From contig CAZBOU010000002.1 in NCBI GenBank assembly GCA_964493625.1, positions 135,410 through 199,409 on the forward strand: DNA of 64,000 nt, in the 5' to 3' direction. This DNA comes from an uncultured Caldisericota bacterium (GTDB taxonomy: Bacteria > Caldisericota > Caldisericia > UBA6126). The position numbers were made by a program, and so were the translations under genes. Each line of letters begins with the position of its first letter. The first letter of the stretch is position 1. A model generated the notes under the pieces. It had not been told where the DNA came from. It saw only the letters and a program-made list of their open reading frames with translations, and did no database searches. Of the stretch, positions 9,564-18,168 are shown in pieces.

Positions 9564-11435
9564 CTAGGGAATGATTTTTTTCTTTTTTAGCAAAGAAATC
9601 AGGATAATCATATCAGAAGGTTTCACTCCGGGTATATCATGTAAATCTTTGATAGTCGACGGCTTGTATTCGTTCAATGCTGCAATACATGTTTTTGACA
9701 ACATATCAAAGTCTGAATAATCAAGATTTGGCGGCAGAGGATGATTGCCATATTTATCCATCTGCTTACGCTCATTTCGTTCTCTTATCAAGTATCCCTC
9801 ATACTTACTTTCAATCATTAATTCCTCTTTTACATCTGGAGGAAGATCTGCGAAAGTATCGTCTAAAAGACTAATCATTTTTTCATTCCAATCAGTTCGC
9901 TTCAACAAATCGAAATAAGAATAGCTTTGGTGAATTTCTGGCAAAGATTTGTCTTTTAAAAATGTTATCATCGATTTACTTGGTGTGATTTTCTTATGAA
10001 CGAGTAACTCTCTTCCAATTTCTAACGAATTCATTTTTTCTTCAAAAATTCTCCATCGTTCATCTGTAACAAGACCAATCTTGCGGCCTATGGGGGTCAT
10101 TCTTTGGTCTGCATTGTCCTCTCGGTTCAACATCCGGTATTCTACATGAGAGGGAGTAATCCGGTATGGCTCATTTAAGGGTTTGTGAATCATGTCATCT
10201 AGCATGACTCCAATATAGGAATCATTTCTTTCTAGGAGTAATGGCTCTTGGTTTTTTACTGAGAGTGCTGCATTAATTCCTGCTACAATGCCTTGGGCTG
10301 ATGCTTCGTCATATCCTGTACTACCGTTGATTTGACCAGCTAAGTAAAGATTCTTAACTTGTTTTGTCTCCAAGCTCGTGTTTATCTCTGAAGTGTGGAC
10401 CCAATCATAGGCAATTGCATAAGCGGGTCGAAACAGGCGTACTTGTTCCAATCCTTTAATTGTACGGAGTATTTCCAATTGACAATGCGGGTATATACTC
10501 ATGTTTAACCCTGCTATATAAACTTCGTCAGTATGGTATCCTTCTTGCTCAAAAAACAGAGAGTGTCGTACATTATTGGGGAACCATTGTACTTTTTCTT
10601 CAATGGAAGGACAGGATTTGGGACCAGTTTTAATCATATTGCCAGACTTGGAAGGCGAGTATTGTAAATATTTTTTTGTAACTTCAATGGTTTTTTCATT
10701 TGTCCAACCCAAATAGGAAGATAACTGGGGTTTCCAAATTTTTCTAGGCGTAATGAAAGAAAGAGAAATGGGAATTTCCTCACCTGGCTGTTCTTGAAGC
10801 ATGTCGTATTGTATTGATTTTTTGTCGATTCGAGGAGTAGTTCCTGTATTAAACCGTCGAACATCAAGACCAAGTCTTTTTAGGTTTTCAGATAAATCAC
10901 CACCCTTTAACTCACCTCCTCTACCGGCATCATAGGATACCCATCCTACGTGTATTTTTCCTCCCAGGTGTGTGCCTGTTGTTAATATTACAGTTTTCCC
11001 ATACATTTTTTCCTTGTATATATCAATAACACCAATGCATTTATTGTGATCTATTATCAAGTCGTTCACAATGGTTTGGTATAGATGAAGGTTGGGTTCT
11101 TTCTCTACTACTACTTTCATATTTTTGCTGTAGGCAGCTTTGTCGCATTGAACTCTTTTTGAACGCAAAGCCAAACCTCTGGAAGTATTTAGTACTCGAA
11201 TCTGTGATAAAGCTCGTTCTGCATTTCGAGCTATTTCACCACCAAGAGCATCTACTTCAGCGATAATCTGACTCTTACCACTACCACCAATAGCAGGGTT
11301 GCATGGCATCCATGCTATCGTGTCCAGATTAATGGTGAGTAACAGTGTGCAACATCCCATTCTAGAAGCAGCAAGAGCAGCCTCACAGCCAGCATGACCA
11401 GCACCAACTACGATTACATCATATTGTATTTGCAT
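9564..11435 (-). CDS. mnmG: tRNA uridine 5-carboxymethylaminomethyl modification enzyme MnmG (GidA)
   Basis: 623 aa; FAD-binding N-terminus YDVIVVGAGHAGCEAALAASRMG; length and overall sequence typical of MnmG. Confidence 0.95.
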   Translation of the reverse strand: MQIQYDVIVVGAGHAGCEAALAASRMGCCTLLLTINLDTIAWMPCNPAIGGSGKSQIIAEVDALGGEIARNAERALSQIRVLNTSRGLALRSKRVQCDKAAYSKNMKVVVEKEPNLHLYQTIVNDLIIDHNKCIGVIDIYKEKMYGKTVILTTGTHLGGKIHVGWVSYDAGRGGELKGGDLSENLKRLGLDVRRFNTGTTPRIDKKSIQYDMLQEQPGEEIPISLSFITPRKIWKPQLSSYLGWTNEKTIEVTKKYLQYSPSKSGNMIKTGPKSCPSIEEKVQWFPNNVRHSLFFEQEGYHTDEVYIAGLNMSIYPHCQLEILRTIKGLEQVRLFRPAYAIAYDWVHTSEINTSLETKQVKNLYLAGQINGSTGYDEASAQGIVAGINAALSVKNQEPLLLERNDSYIGVMLDDMIHKPLNEPYRITPSHVEYRMLNREDNADQRMTPIGRKIGLVTDERWRIFEEKMNSLEIGRELLVHKKITPSKSMITFLKDKSLPEIHQSYSYFDLLKRTDWNEKMISLLDDTFADLPPDVKEELMIESKYEGYLIRERNERKQMDKYGNHPLPPNLDYSDFDMLSKTCIAALNEYKPSTIKDLHDIPGVKPSDMIILISLLKKKKIIP

Positions 11436-12927
11436 ATGAATCTCCTATCATTTCTTTGCCATCTAGAAAAACTTTTTCCGGGATTGTGAATGCTATCTCT
11501 TTTCTCGAAATGCGAAAAAGGTCTCTGTTTAGGACAAAGAAGTCTGCTATATACCCTTTGGCCATCATTCCAAGGGAGTTTTCTTGATAAATTTGACGGG
11601 CTCCAGCTATAGTATATGCATAAAAAGCTTTTTTTCGAGACATGAATTCTTCCGTATACGCAATGTTTTGAAAAGGATTTTCCGATTCGACAGGTGCATC
11701 TGTAGAAAGAGAAAACAACAGGTTTTCTTTATCATAGCGTCGATAAGGATATCCTCTTCTCGCAAGATAGGACGGATCAAGAATTTTCTGTACTGTTGGC
11801 AGGTCTGCACTATAAAAGCATGGTTGTATACTAAGTTCCAATTGTTTCTCTTTCATCTCTTGTATCTGGCTTGGTGATGCAAATTGAGCATGAATGATTC
11901 TGTGGCGCAGAAATGAAAACGAATTGTCAGAAAAGGCATTCAACACCTTTTCTAGTGCTTGATCTCCAATCACATGGATACAAACTTGAAGATGATTTTG
12001 ATTGGCTAGATGAATGATCTGTCTGACTGTATCAACCGAATGATAGCATACACCATTGTGTTGGGTATTTTTATAGAATGTACTTATATGGGCCGTTTTG
12101 CCACAAATAGAACCATCCATATAAATCTTTATCATCAGACCTGTGTGAATAAAACTTTTTGATGGATTGTTTTGAATGTTTGCTCGATTTTGAATCCAAT
12201 ACTGCAAATCTTGTAGATTCTGGATAGATACTTTTTCAAACAACCTACAAGGGAGCTGCATTTCTGTATTTTGGAAAAAATGATGGATGCGATAGGGGTC
12301 CCAGTCTTCACTATGAACGGATGTTACCCCGTTTTGAAGAAAGCGTTTTGCACCTTCAATGAGATATCTTTTTTCATTCTCTATATTTTGGGGCAGTCTT
12401 TGTCTCATTTCAATAAGGGCAGTTTCACATATCATTCCTTCTTGTATGGATGTTTTGTCAATGCCATCTAGCTCCGATAGGTTCAGGTAATGAATCGCTG
12501 AAGAGTTTACGGTAGCAACGTGACCGCATTTTCTGATGAGAATAATGGGTTGAACAGCAGAAATTGTGTTTAAAAAAGAACGATCTGGGACAAGGCCTAC
12601 TTTTTCTTCGTCCCAGCCTCTTAACAGGCCAATCTCTTGACATTCAAGGTGATTCTTGATTATTTGATACAAAGCTTCTTTAGAAGTTACATCTAGCAAG
12701 GAGGGGCAAAGATGTTTTTCGCCTGTTCCCATTAAGTGACAGTGACTATCAATTAAACCTGGATAGACGTATTTTCCAGACCAGTCTAGAATAACTTCGT
12801 TTTCTGTTGGGGTCATACTTTTCCAGGGTTGTAAATCTGTAATTGTATTGTTTGTAATGCGCATATCAAATTCATCATATTGCATCTTGATTGGATTGTA
12901 TATATGTGCTTCGCGTATTAACATAAG
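11419..12927 (-). CDS. Metal-dependent amidohydrolase (Amidohydro_3 / YtcJ-like)
   Basis: GLIDSHCHLMGTGE metal-binding motif near the N-terminus, about 500 aa. Start moved to ATG 12927 (MLIREAHIYNP). The 3' end overlaps the mnmG start by 17 nt. Confidence 0.7.
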   Translation of the reverse strand, partial: LMLIREAHIYNPIKMQYDEFDMRITNNTITDLQPWKSMTPTENEVILDWSGKYVYPGLIDSHCHLMGTGEKHLCPSLLDVTSKEALYQIIKNHLECQEIGLLRGWDEEKVGLVPDRSFLNTISAVQPIILIRKCGHVATVNSSAIHYLNLSELDGIDKTSIQEGMICETALIEMRQRLPQNIENEKRYLIEGAKRFLQNGVTSVHSEDWDPYRIHHFFQNTEMQLPCRLFEKVSIQNLQDLQYWIQNRANIQNNPSKSFIHTGLMIKIYMDGSICGKTAHISTFYKNTQHNGVCYHSVDTVRQIIHLANQNHLQVCIHVIGDQALEKVLNAFSDNSFSFLRHRIIHAQFASPSQIQEMKEKQLELSIQPCFYSADLPTVQKILDPSYLARRGYPYRRYDKENLLFSLSTDAPVESENPFQNIAYTEEFMSRKKAFYAYTIAGARQIYQENSLGMMAKGYIADFFVLNRDLFRISRKEIAFTIPEKVFLDGKEMIGDSYANTI

Positions 12928-12997
12928 GTCGCCTTTTCCTTTAAAAAATAGTAATATAGTAACCATACCACTTTAAAAACAAATATGTTGAATAAAA

Positions 12998-13390
12998 ATG
13001 AAATGTAAACAACTTCAATCATTAATTTATTATGGTGAAAGTAAGCGAATTGAATTCAAGCAAATGCCATGTGAGGGGGTATATAAAACAATTTGTGCAT
13101 TTTTGAATACAGATGGAGGGAATCTTTTAATTGGAGTGGATGACAATGGTAATGTTACTGGCTTTAAGCCTTCTACTAAAGACATTGAGGCATATCATGA
13201 CGCAATATCAATATGGTCCACAGACCATATTCGAGAAGAAATCATTCATGTCCACGGAAGGTCTGTATGGGTAATTCATATAGAGCCTATGCGTGAAACA
13301 AACCATTCTTCTGCCATTTGGAAGGGAGATAAATATGTACGAATTGGAAATTCTACAAGGCGAGTTTGCATTTCTACGAAGTCGAGGTAG
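12998..13390 (+). CDS. Stand-alone AlbA_2 (Schlafen-like, formerly divergent-AAA) domain protein
   Basis: 130 aa; ESKRIEFKQ...ICAFLNTDGGNLLIGVDDNGNVTG matches the AlbA_2 N-terminal signature. No ATPase or HTH C-terminal part. Confidence 0.55.
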   Translation: MKCKQLQSLIYYGESKRIEFKQMPCEGVYKTICAFLNTDGGNLLIGVDDNGNVTGFKPSTKDIEAYHDAISIWSTDHIREEIIHVHGRSVWVIHIEPMRETNHSSAIWKGDKYVRIGNSTRRVCISTKSR

Positions 13391-13393
13391 TAC

Positions 13394-14641
13394 ATGATTA
13401 AAGAGTTTTACAAGAAGAGTATTAAAGATCAGAATATTAAGTTCAAGAATGACAATATTGAGTCTGATTATTTAAGGACGGAGGATGTTACTGGTCTGCG
13501 ATTATATATTACGGGCCTATTGGGAGTGGCAGGGACAGCCAAAAAGGATTTCTCCCTGATAGAATTAGAAAAAAAAGCTCTCCAAAATGCAAAAAGTACT
13601 CCTTATTCTTTGGATTGCTCGAGTGGTCTTCAACAAATGATTATTTATAACTATGAAATATCCAGTGAAAAGGATTATAAAAAAGCGATGACTTCCTTTG
13701 TAGAAGAGCTTAAAATGAAACTACCAAATTGCATTTTTCACGGGCAAATGAGCTTGATTGATAGAGAAGAATCTCTAACCAATGAAATGAATTTGAAGCT
13801 ACGATATAAAGATCATTACATCATGATTAACATGTATTTCACTACCGAGGAAAACGATACCCCAGTACCATTTTCGTATCGAGGAAGAAGGTTTTCTAGA
13901 GAAATATTTGCAAACGTAGTTCAAACCATGGGTGAAGCTTGGAAAAATGAGATAGCTGTCAAGGACAACTCTTGTCTGCCCGTTATATTTCCATGTTCCA
14001 ATCGATCTCCTTTCACGGATTTGTTTCACCACCTACACGGGGAAAGAGTTGGGAGTGGAAATTCAAGGTTTTCTGGAAAAATAAATCACCTTTTGTTTCA
14101 TCCCTCTTTTACTCTTTACTCTTCGCATGATATCGAAAACCTTATTACCCCATTTTTTGACATGGAGGGTACGGTATTACGATTAAAAGAAGGTCCTTTG
14201 TCTTCTTTTCGCTGCCCATTGATTCAGGATGGAGTCCTGATATCTCCCTATACAGACAAAAGAACAGCAAAACAATATCAGTTTCCTTTGACGTCCAATG
14301 CCGTGGGAGCTTACAATCGAGTTCCTTTCCCGGGAATTGCTCATTTCCAATTGCATCAAACACATGAATCTTTAGCGGATATGCTGCAGGGCAATGTGGG
14401 GATTGTAGTTATGAACGCGAAAGAAATCAAGCATTCACAAACCGGCGATTTTTTCTGTCAAACGAAAGTTGCTTACCTAACAGATGGTGTTCAACTTTTA
14501 GGCCGCGTACCACCCATAACAATACAATCCCATACAATGAAAATGTTTGGAAATGATTTCATGGGATGTTCAAGAAATATTTTGTATCCATTGTTCTGCA
14601 AAGACTTGTTTGCATTTAAAGCACATGTTTCATATCAATAA
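13394..14641 (+). CDS. TldD/PmbA-family protein, PmbA(TldE)-like (no HExxxH seen)
   Basis: 415 aa. The C-terminal half is collinear with PmbA: VIF...LFHHLHGERVGSGNSRFSGK, PFFDMEGT, LIQDGVL, TSNAVG, QTGDFFCQTKVAYLTDGVQLLGRVPPITI. Confidence 0.55.
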   Translation: MIKEFYKKSIKDQNIKFKNDNIESDYLRTEDVTGLRLYITGLLGVAGTAKKDFSLIELEKKALQNAKSTPYSLDCSSGLQQMIIYNYEISSEKDYKKAMTSFVEELKMKLPNCIFHGQMSLIDREESLTNEMNLKLRYKDHYIMINMYFTTEENDTPVPFSYRGRRFSREIFANVVQTMGEAWKNEIAVKDNSCLPVIFPCSNRSPFTDLFHHLHGERVGSGNSRFSGKINHLLFHPSFTLYSSHDIENLITPFFDMEGTVLRLKEGPLSSFRCPLIQDGVLISPYTDKRTAKQYQFPLTSNAVGAYNRVPFPGIAHFQLHQTHESLADMLQGNVGIVVMNAKEIKHSQTGDFFCQTKVAYLTDGVQLLGRVPPITIQSHTMKMFGNDFMGCSRNILYPLFCKDLFAFKAHVSYQ

Positions 14642-14649
14642 GGGGCTCT

Positions 14650-15402
14650 ATGATGAATGTAAGAAGTATATCAAGTGATTTTAAATCCATATTAAAACTA
14701 GGTACAGAACTTATTGGAGTTAGATTTTTACAAAACCAAAAAGAAGCAAAATCTGAAATCGTATCAAATAAACTAAACTTTTGTCAACTAGTGGCGAATG
14801 CTAGGTATCAAAGCAGAACTTCTACCGGTATTCCGCAGCGGATGGTATGTTCGTTGGGCGCTGCAGCATTGGGCTTGATTCAAACTCCCAAAAGTTTTCA
14901 AGATGGAACTGCAGCTGTTGGAAAGTATACGAAGGATGAAGAAGCGGGAAAAAACTTCTTTGCAAATACATACAAGCTTGGCGATAAAGGGAAACAATTT
15001 GAAGCTATTGAAGTGGGTCCTTTGGAAAATACCATTGGAGATGTTTTTGTTATCTATGCGAATCCAGCACAAATGCTTGGTTTAATTCATGCAAATTCGT
15101 TCTTAGATGGAAGAAAAACGACAGGAGACACTGTGGCGGAAGGGGCTTTGTGTTCTGCTACAGCCTATGCAAAAGGGATGCTCCAACCCATTGTAGGTTT
15201 TCCATGTGCAGGGGACCGAAGATTTGCATCGACGCAACACTCAGAATTAATTTTTGCTGCTCCGATAGAAGATTTGCAGAGAATTTATGATTCTCTAGTT
15301 GAGCTACGAAAAAATGGTCCTATATATCCCATTCCGCCTCAATCGGACTTTGAATCGCTTATGCCTAGTGCATATACAATAAAGGAGGTAGATTTAGGGT
15401 GA
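14650..15402 (+). CDS. DUF169-family protein (COG2043-like)
   Basis: 250 aa; LIGVRF...LNFCQLVANAR...MVCSLGAAALGL resembles the conserved DUF169 N-terminal pattern; recalled from memory, not searched. Confidence 0.45.
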   Translation: MMNVRSISSDFKSILKLGTELIGVRFLQNQKEAKSEIVSNKLNFCQLVANARYQSRTSTGIPQRMVCSLGAAALGLIQTPKSFQDGTAAVGKYTKDEEAGKNFFANTYKLGDKGKQFEAIEVGPLENTIGDVFVIYANPAQMLGLIHANSFLDGRKTTGDTVAEGALCSATAYAKGMLQPIVGFPCAGDRRFASTQHSELIFAAPIEDLQRIYDSLVELRKNGPIYPIPPQSDFESLMPSAYTIKEVDLG

Positions 15403-15980
15403 TAGAACCCCTTTTCTTCTCAGCATTTTTCTTTGGGGGTAGTATTTGGTTTGCTGTACTTGCCTTTTCTAGGTCTGTACATGTACGCATTATGCAATCA
15501 AGCACTTTTTTTTCAATGGTTGTATTGATATTGATGGGGCATATATTTTCCATTTTCTTCTCGGGAGAAATTGAGCTACAGTTTTGGCATATTGCAACTT
15601 TAGTGGCTTCCATTGCGCTATATATTGTTGTACTCATCATTGTCCGAAGGGAATATTTCATCCAGGGCATTTCAGAAGAAGATTTTGTGGAATACTTGAT
15701 AGATTTTCTGGATGAACAAAAAATTTCTTATCGTATCTCAGAAAAGTCTATGATTCCAGAAATATCTCCAGAAGTGCCTATGAAAGCTTTTTACATCGTT
15801 CTTACAAAAACCGCCTACATAAGAACCAGTACAAAGTCATTACTTCGCCTTTCAAAAGCATATTTTATTGTGCGTCTGAAAGATGCTTTAGTTCCTAGGA
15901 TGTCCTATGAAAAAGTTCTATTTGCATTCATTAGCGGACTTTTATTATTGTATGCATTTTATTTTGTTAGGTATTTGTAA
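15399..15980 (+). CDS. Integral membrane protein, unknown function
   Basis: 193 aa, about 4 hydrophobic segments. GTG start overlaps the DUF169 stop (GTGA); GGAGG RBS at 15384-15388. Confidence 0.5.
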   Translation: MIEPLFFSAFFFGGSIWFAVLAFSRSVHVRIMQSSTFFSMVVLILMGHIFSIFFSGEIELQFWHIATLVASIALYIVVLIIVRREYFIQGISEEDFVEYLIDFLDEQKISYRISEKSMIPEISPEVPMKAFYIVLTKTAYIRTSTKSLLRLSKAYFIVRLKDALVPRMSYEKVLFAFISGLLLLYAFYFVRYL

Positions 15981-15997
15981 AGGAAGGTTTGTCGAAC

Positions 15998-16444
15998 ATG
16001 TTTAGTTGTTCTTTTTGGGTAGCATTGATAGCCAACATATGTGCTCAGGTCTTGAAACCAATTATTGAAAGGGTTCAAACTGGTAAATGGGATATATCCC
16101 TTTTGTTTGTGAATGGTAAGTTTCCAAGTTCTCATACAGCAACTGTATCAGCCCTTACAATACGAATTGCCATAGATTGCGGACTATCTTCAAATATTTT
16201 TGCTGTTTGTTTTATCCTTAGCTCCATTGTTGTTGCCGATGCAACAGGAGTTCGACAAGAAGTCGGGAAACATGCAAAATACATTAATGATCATATTTTG
16301 AACAGAAAACCAAACGACCCTTTGGTGCATTTTCCGATGAAAGAATTAGTTGGACATAACATGATAGAAGTTTTAGGGGGGGTTGTTCTAGGGGTTATAA
16401 TAGTTCTGATATCTCTTGCTCTTTGTAGCCCATATTGTCAATGA
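15998..16444 (+). CDS. Divergent PAP2 / DUF212 family membrane protein (acid phosphatase / haloperoxidase-related)
   Basis: FPSSHTATVSAL and VVADATGVRQEVGKHA match DUF212 signatures. ATG 15998 preferred over TTG 15989 because of the AGGAAGG RBS spacing. Confidence 0.8.
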   Translation: MFSCSFWVALIANICAQVLKPIIERVQTGKWDISLLFVNGKFPSSHTATVSALTIRIAIDCGLSSNIFAVCFILSSIVVADATGVRQEVGKHAKYINDHILNRKPNDPLVHFPMKELVGHNMIEVLGGVVLGVIIVLISLALCSPYCQ

Positions 16445-18164
16445 TAGAGGGGATTGTAAAGAAAAATGCAAATCCACCATTCATTTCACTGTGGATCTCA
16501 TAGGTAACAGAAAGTGTCGATAACAATTGTTTTACAATCCAAAGCTCATCTTCAAACAAGGATATCAAAAAGTTTGATGGGTTTTCTATGACAGAATCCT
16601 TCATTAATACCCGTAAAACAAGCAGAATATCTCGCTGATGCATTGAGGTTGAAAGGTATATGTTTGGAGCGTTGAACCGTTCAAAAACAGTTTCTAACAA
16701 TGTTGTTAAAACAAATTGAAATTTCTCTTTCTGGATAAAAACCTGCGAAATATTCTCTTGAAATTGGAAATTGATGGCACTTGAAAAGTCTGGGAACATG
16801 TGAGCAATATCTTGGATTAATGTATTCAAAAGTACACAGTCAAATGAAATGCTAGAAGCAATACTTGTGGAATAGAAGTCTTGTACAATTTTCAGATTAC
16901 GGAGAATTCTAGGTAGCGATTGTAGATAGTTATTCTTTTTTGACCTAGTGGCTGTACCTGTGGAAGGTGCATTATATAATGCGTGGATTTCTTCAGAGGC
17001 TTTTTCTAATAGTTTTTGAAACCATTGATCGTGCTTTCCATTCTGTTTTTGATTCTGTTTTGTATATTCGGTGATTCGAATTAAAAAACCTTCTTTTTTT
17101 GCAGAGTTATACAGAATAGGAAGAATTTTTTCTCTTTCATGAATATAGTCACCATTTGAATCAAAGTAGTCTTGTTCATGAAAATAAGTAAAGCCAAGGG
17201 TGATATACGGGAAAGCATCTGCCCTTTTGTGCAAGTGATACTCTTCGGAGAGTTCTTCAGATGATCTACTCAATACATTGGAGGAATCTAAATGAACCCT
17301 ATCCAATAAACTTGGATTGGCATAGAAAATCGTACCTTGTGCATTGGTTATCAAGATGGAACTTGAGCTTTTATCTAAAACAGACTGAAGCAGAAAAGAT
17401 TTTAGCTTGATGGATTCGATTTCACTATTTTCTTCAAACAGGAATAAGAAACTATTATCCGCATCTTTATAAGGGCCCATGAAATGAATGGACAATGAGC
17501 ATGGGACATACTCATTGGAAAACGTTTTAAGAGAAACCTGAGGGTGTTGAATACTAGTTGTTCTGGAGATGTTTTCTGAGAGTCTTCTTTGCATTTCCTT
17601 TGCTTGATTCGGTAGAAGATAGTCTTTAAGGAAAAGTCCACGCATAGATTGCTGATTGTTCTGCAAAACATCGCTTGCTCTTTTGTTTGCAAAGAATATT
17701 GTAAGTTTTTCATCGCATATAAAGATGGGTTGATGAAAATGATGAGACACTTGTTCGCAGCTAAAAGGATCTTGGAGCATTCGATATTGAGAAAGATTGG
17801 AAAAAACATCTACAATGGTTGGGAGTTGATGAAGTTGATAGTTTGGGATTACATAATCACAACCCAGTTGCATGTAAGATCGAATGTTCAAAGGGTTGTT
17901 TTCGTTTTCTACAGCAATGATGGTTGTTTTTTCCAATAGATCATGGTCACGTAAAAAATGCATTTGATCAATAAAAGGGGATTCATTGTTAGTGGGAAAT
18001 AGAATAATACAGTTGGGAAGTTTTTGTTTTACAAGATTGTTTTGGACAGATTGTAAAAAGGTAATCTCATTGGCAATGGGATATAGGAGTTTTGATATTT
18101 TTTGTTGATGATTTCTTTCACAATTAATGATTGCAATCTTGGTTTTTTGTTTTGCCATTAGCAT
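16395..18164 (-). CDS. Signalling protein: pseudo-receiver + PAS domains + degenerate histidine-kinase-like C-terminus
   Basis: N-terminus is receiver-like but lacks the acidic pocket (IAIINCERN, CIILFPTNN). PAS-like segments: IFICDEKLTIFFANKRASDVL and ILITNAQGTIFYANPSLLDRV. I could not find H-box, N-box Asn or DxGxG. Start moved to ATG 18164, 4 nt after the upstream stop. Confidence 0.5.
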   Translation of the reverse strand: MLMAKQKTKIAIINCERNHQQKISKLLYPIANEITFLQSVQNNLVKQKLPNCIILFPTNNESPFIDQMHFLRDHDLLEKTTIIAVENENNPLNIRSYMQLGCDYVIPNYQLHQLPTIVDVFSNLSQYRMLQDPFSCEQVSHHFHQPIFICDEKLTIFFANKRASDVLQNNQQSMRGLFLKDYLLPNQAKEMQRRLSENISRTTSIQHPQVSLKTFSNEYVPCSLSIHFMGPYKDADNSFLFLFEENSEIESIKLKSFLLQSVLDKSSSSILITNAQGTIFYANPSLLDRVHLDSSNVLSRSSEELSEEYHLHKRADAFPYITLGFTYFHEQDYFDSNGDYIHEREKILPILYNSAKKEGFLIRITEYTKQNQKQNGKHDQWFQKLLEKASEEIHALYNAPSTGTATRSKKNNYLQSLPRILRNLKIVQDFYSTSIASSISFDCVLLNTLIQDIAHMFPDFSSAINFQFQENISQVFIQKEKFQFVLTTLLETVFERFNAPNIYLSTSMHQRDILLVLRVLMKDSVIENPSNFLISLFEDELWIVKQLLSTLSVTYEIHSEMNGGFAFFFTIPSIIDNMGYKEQEISELL

Positions 18165-18168
18165 GTGT

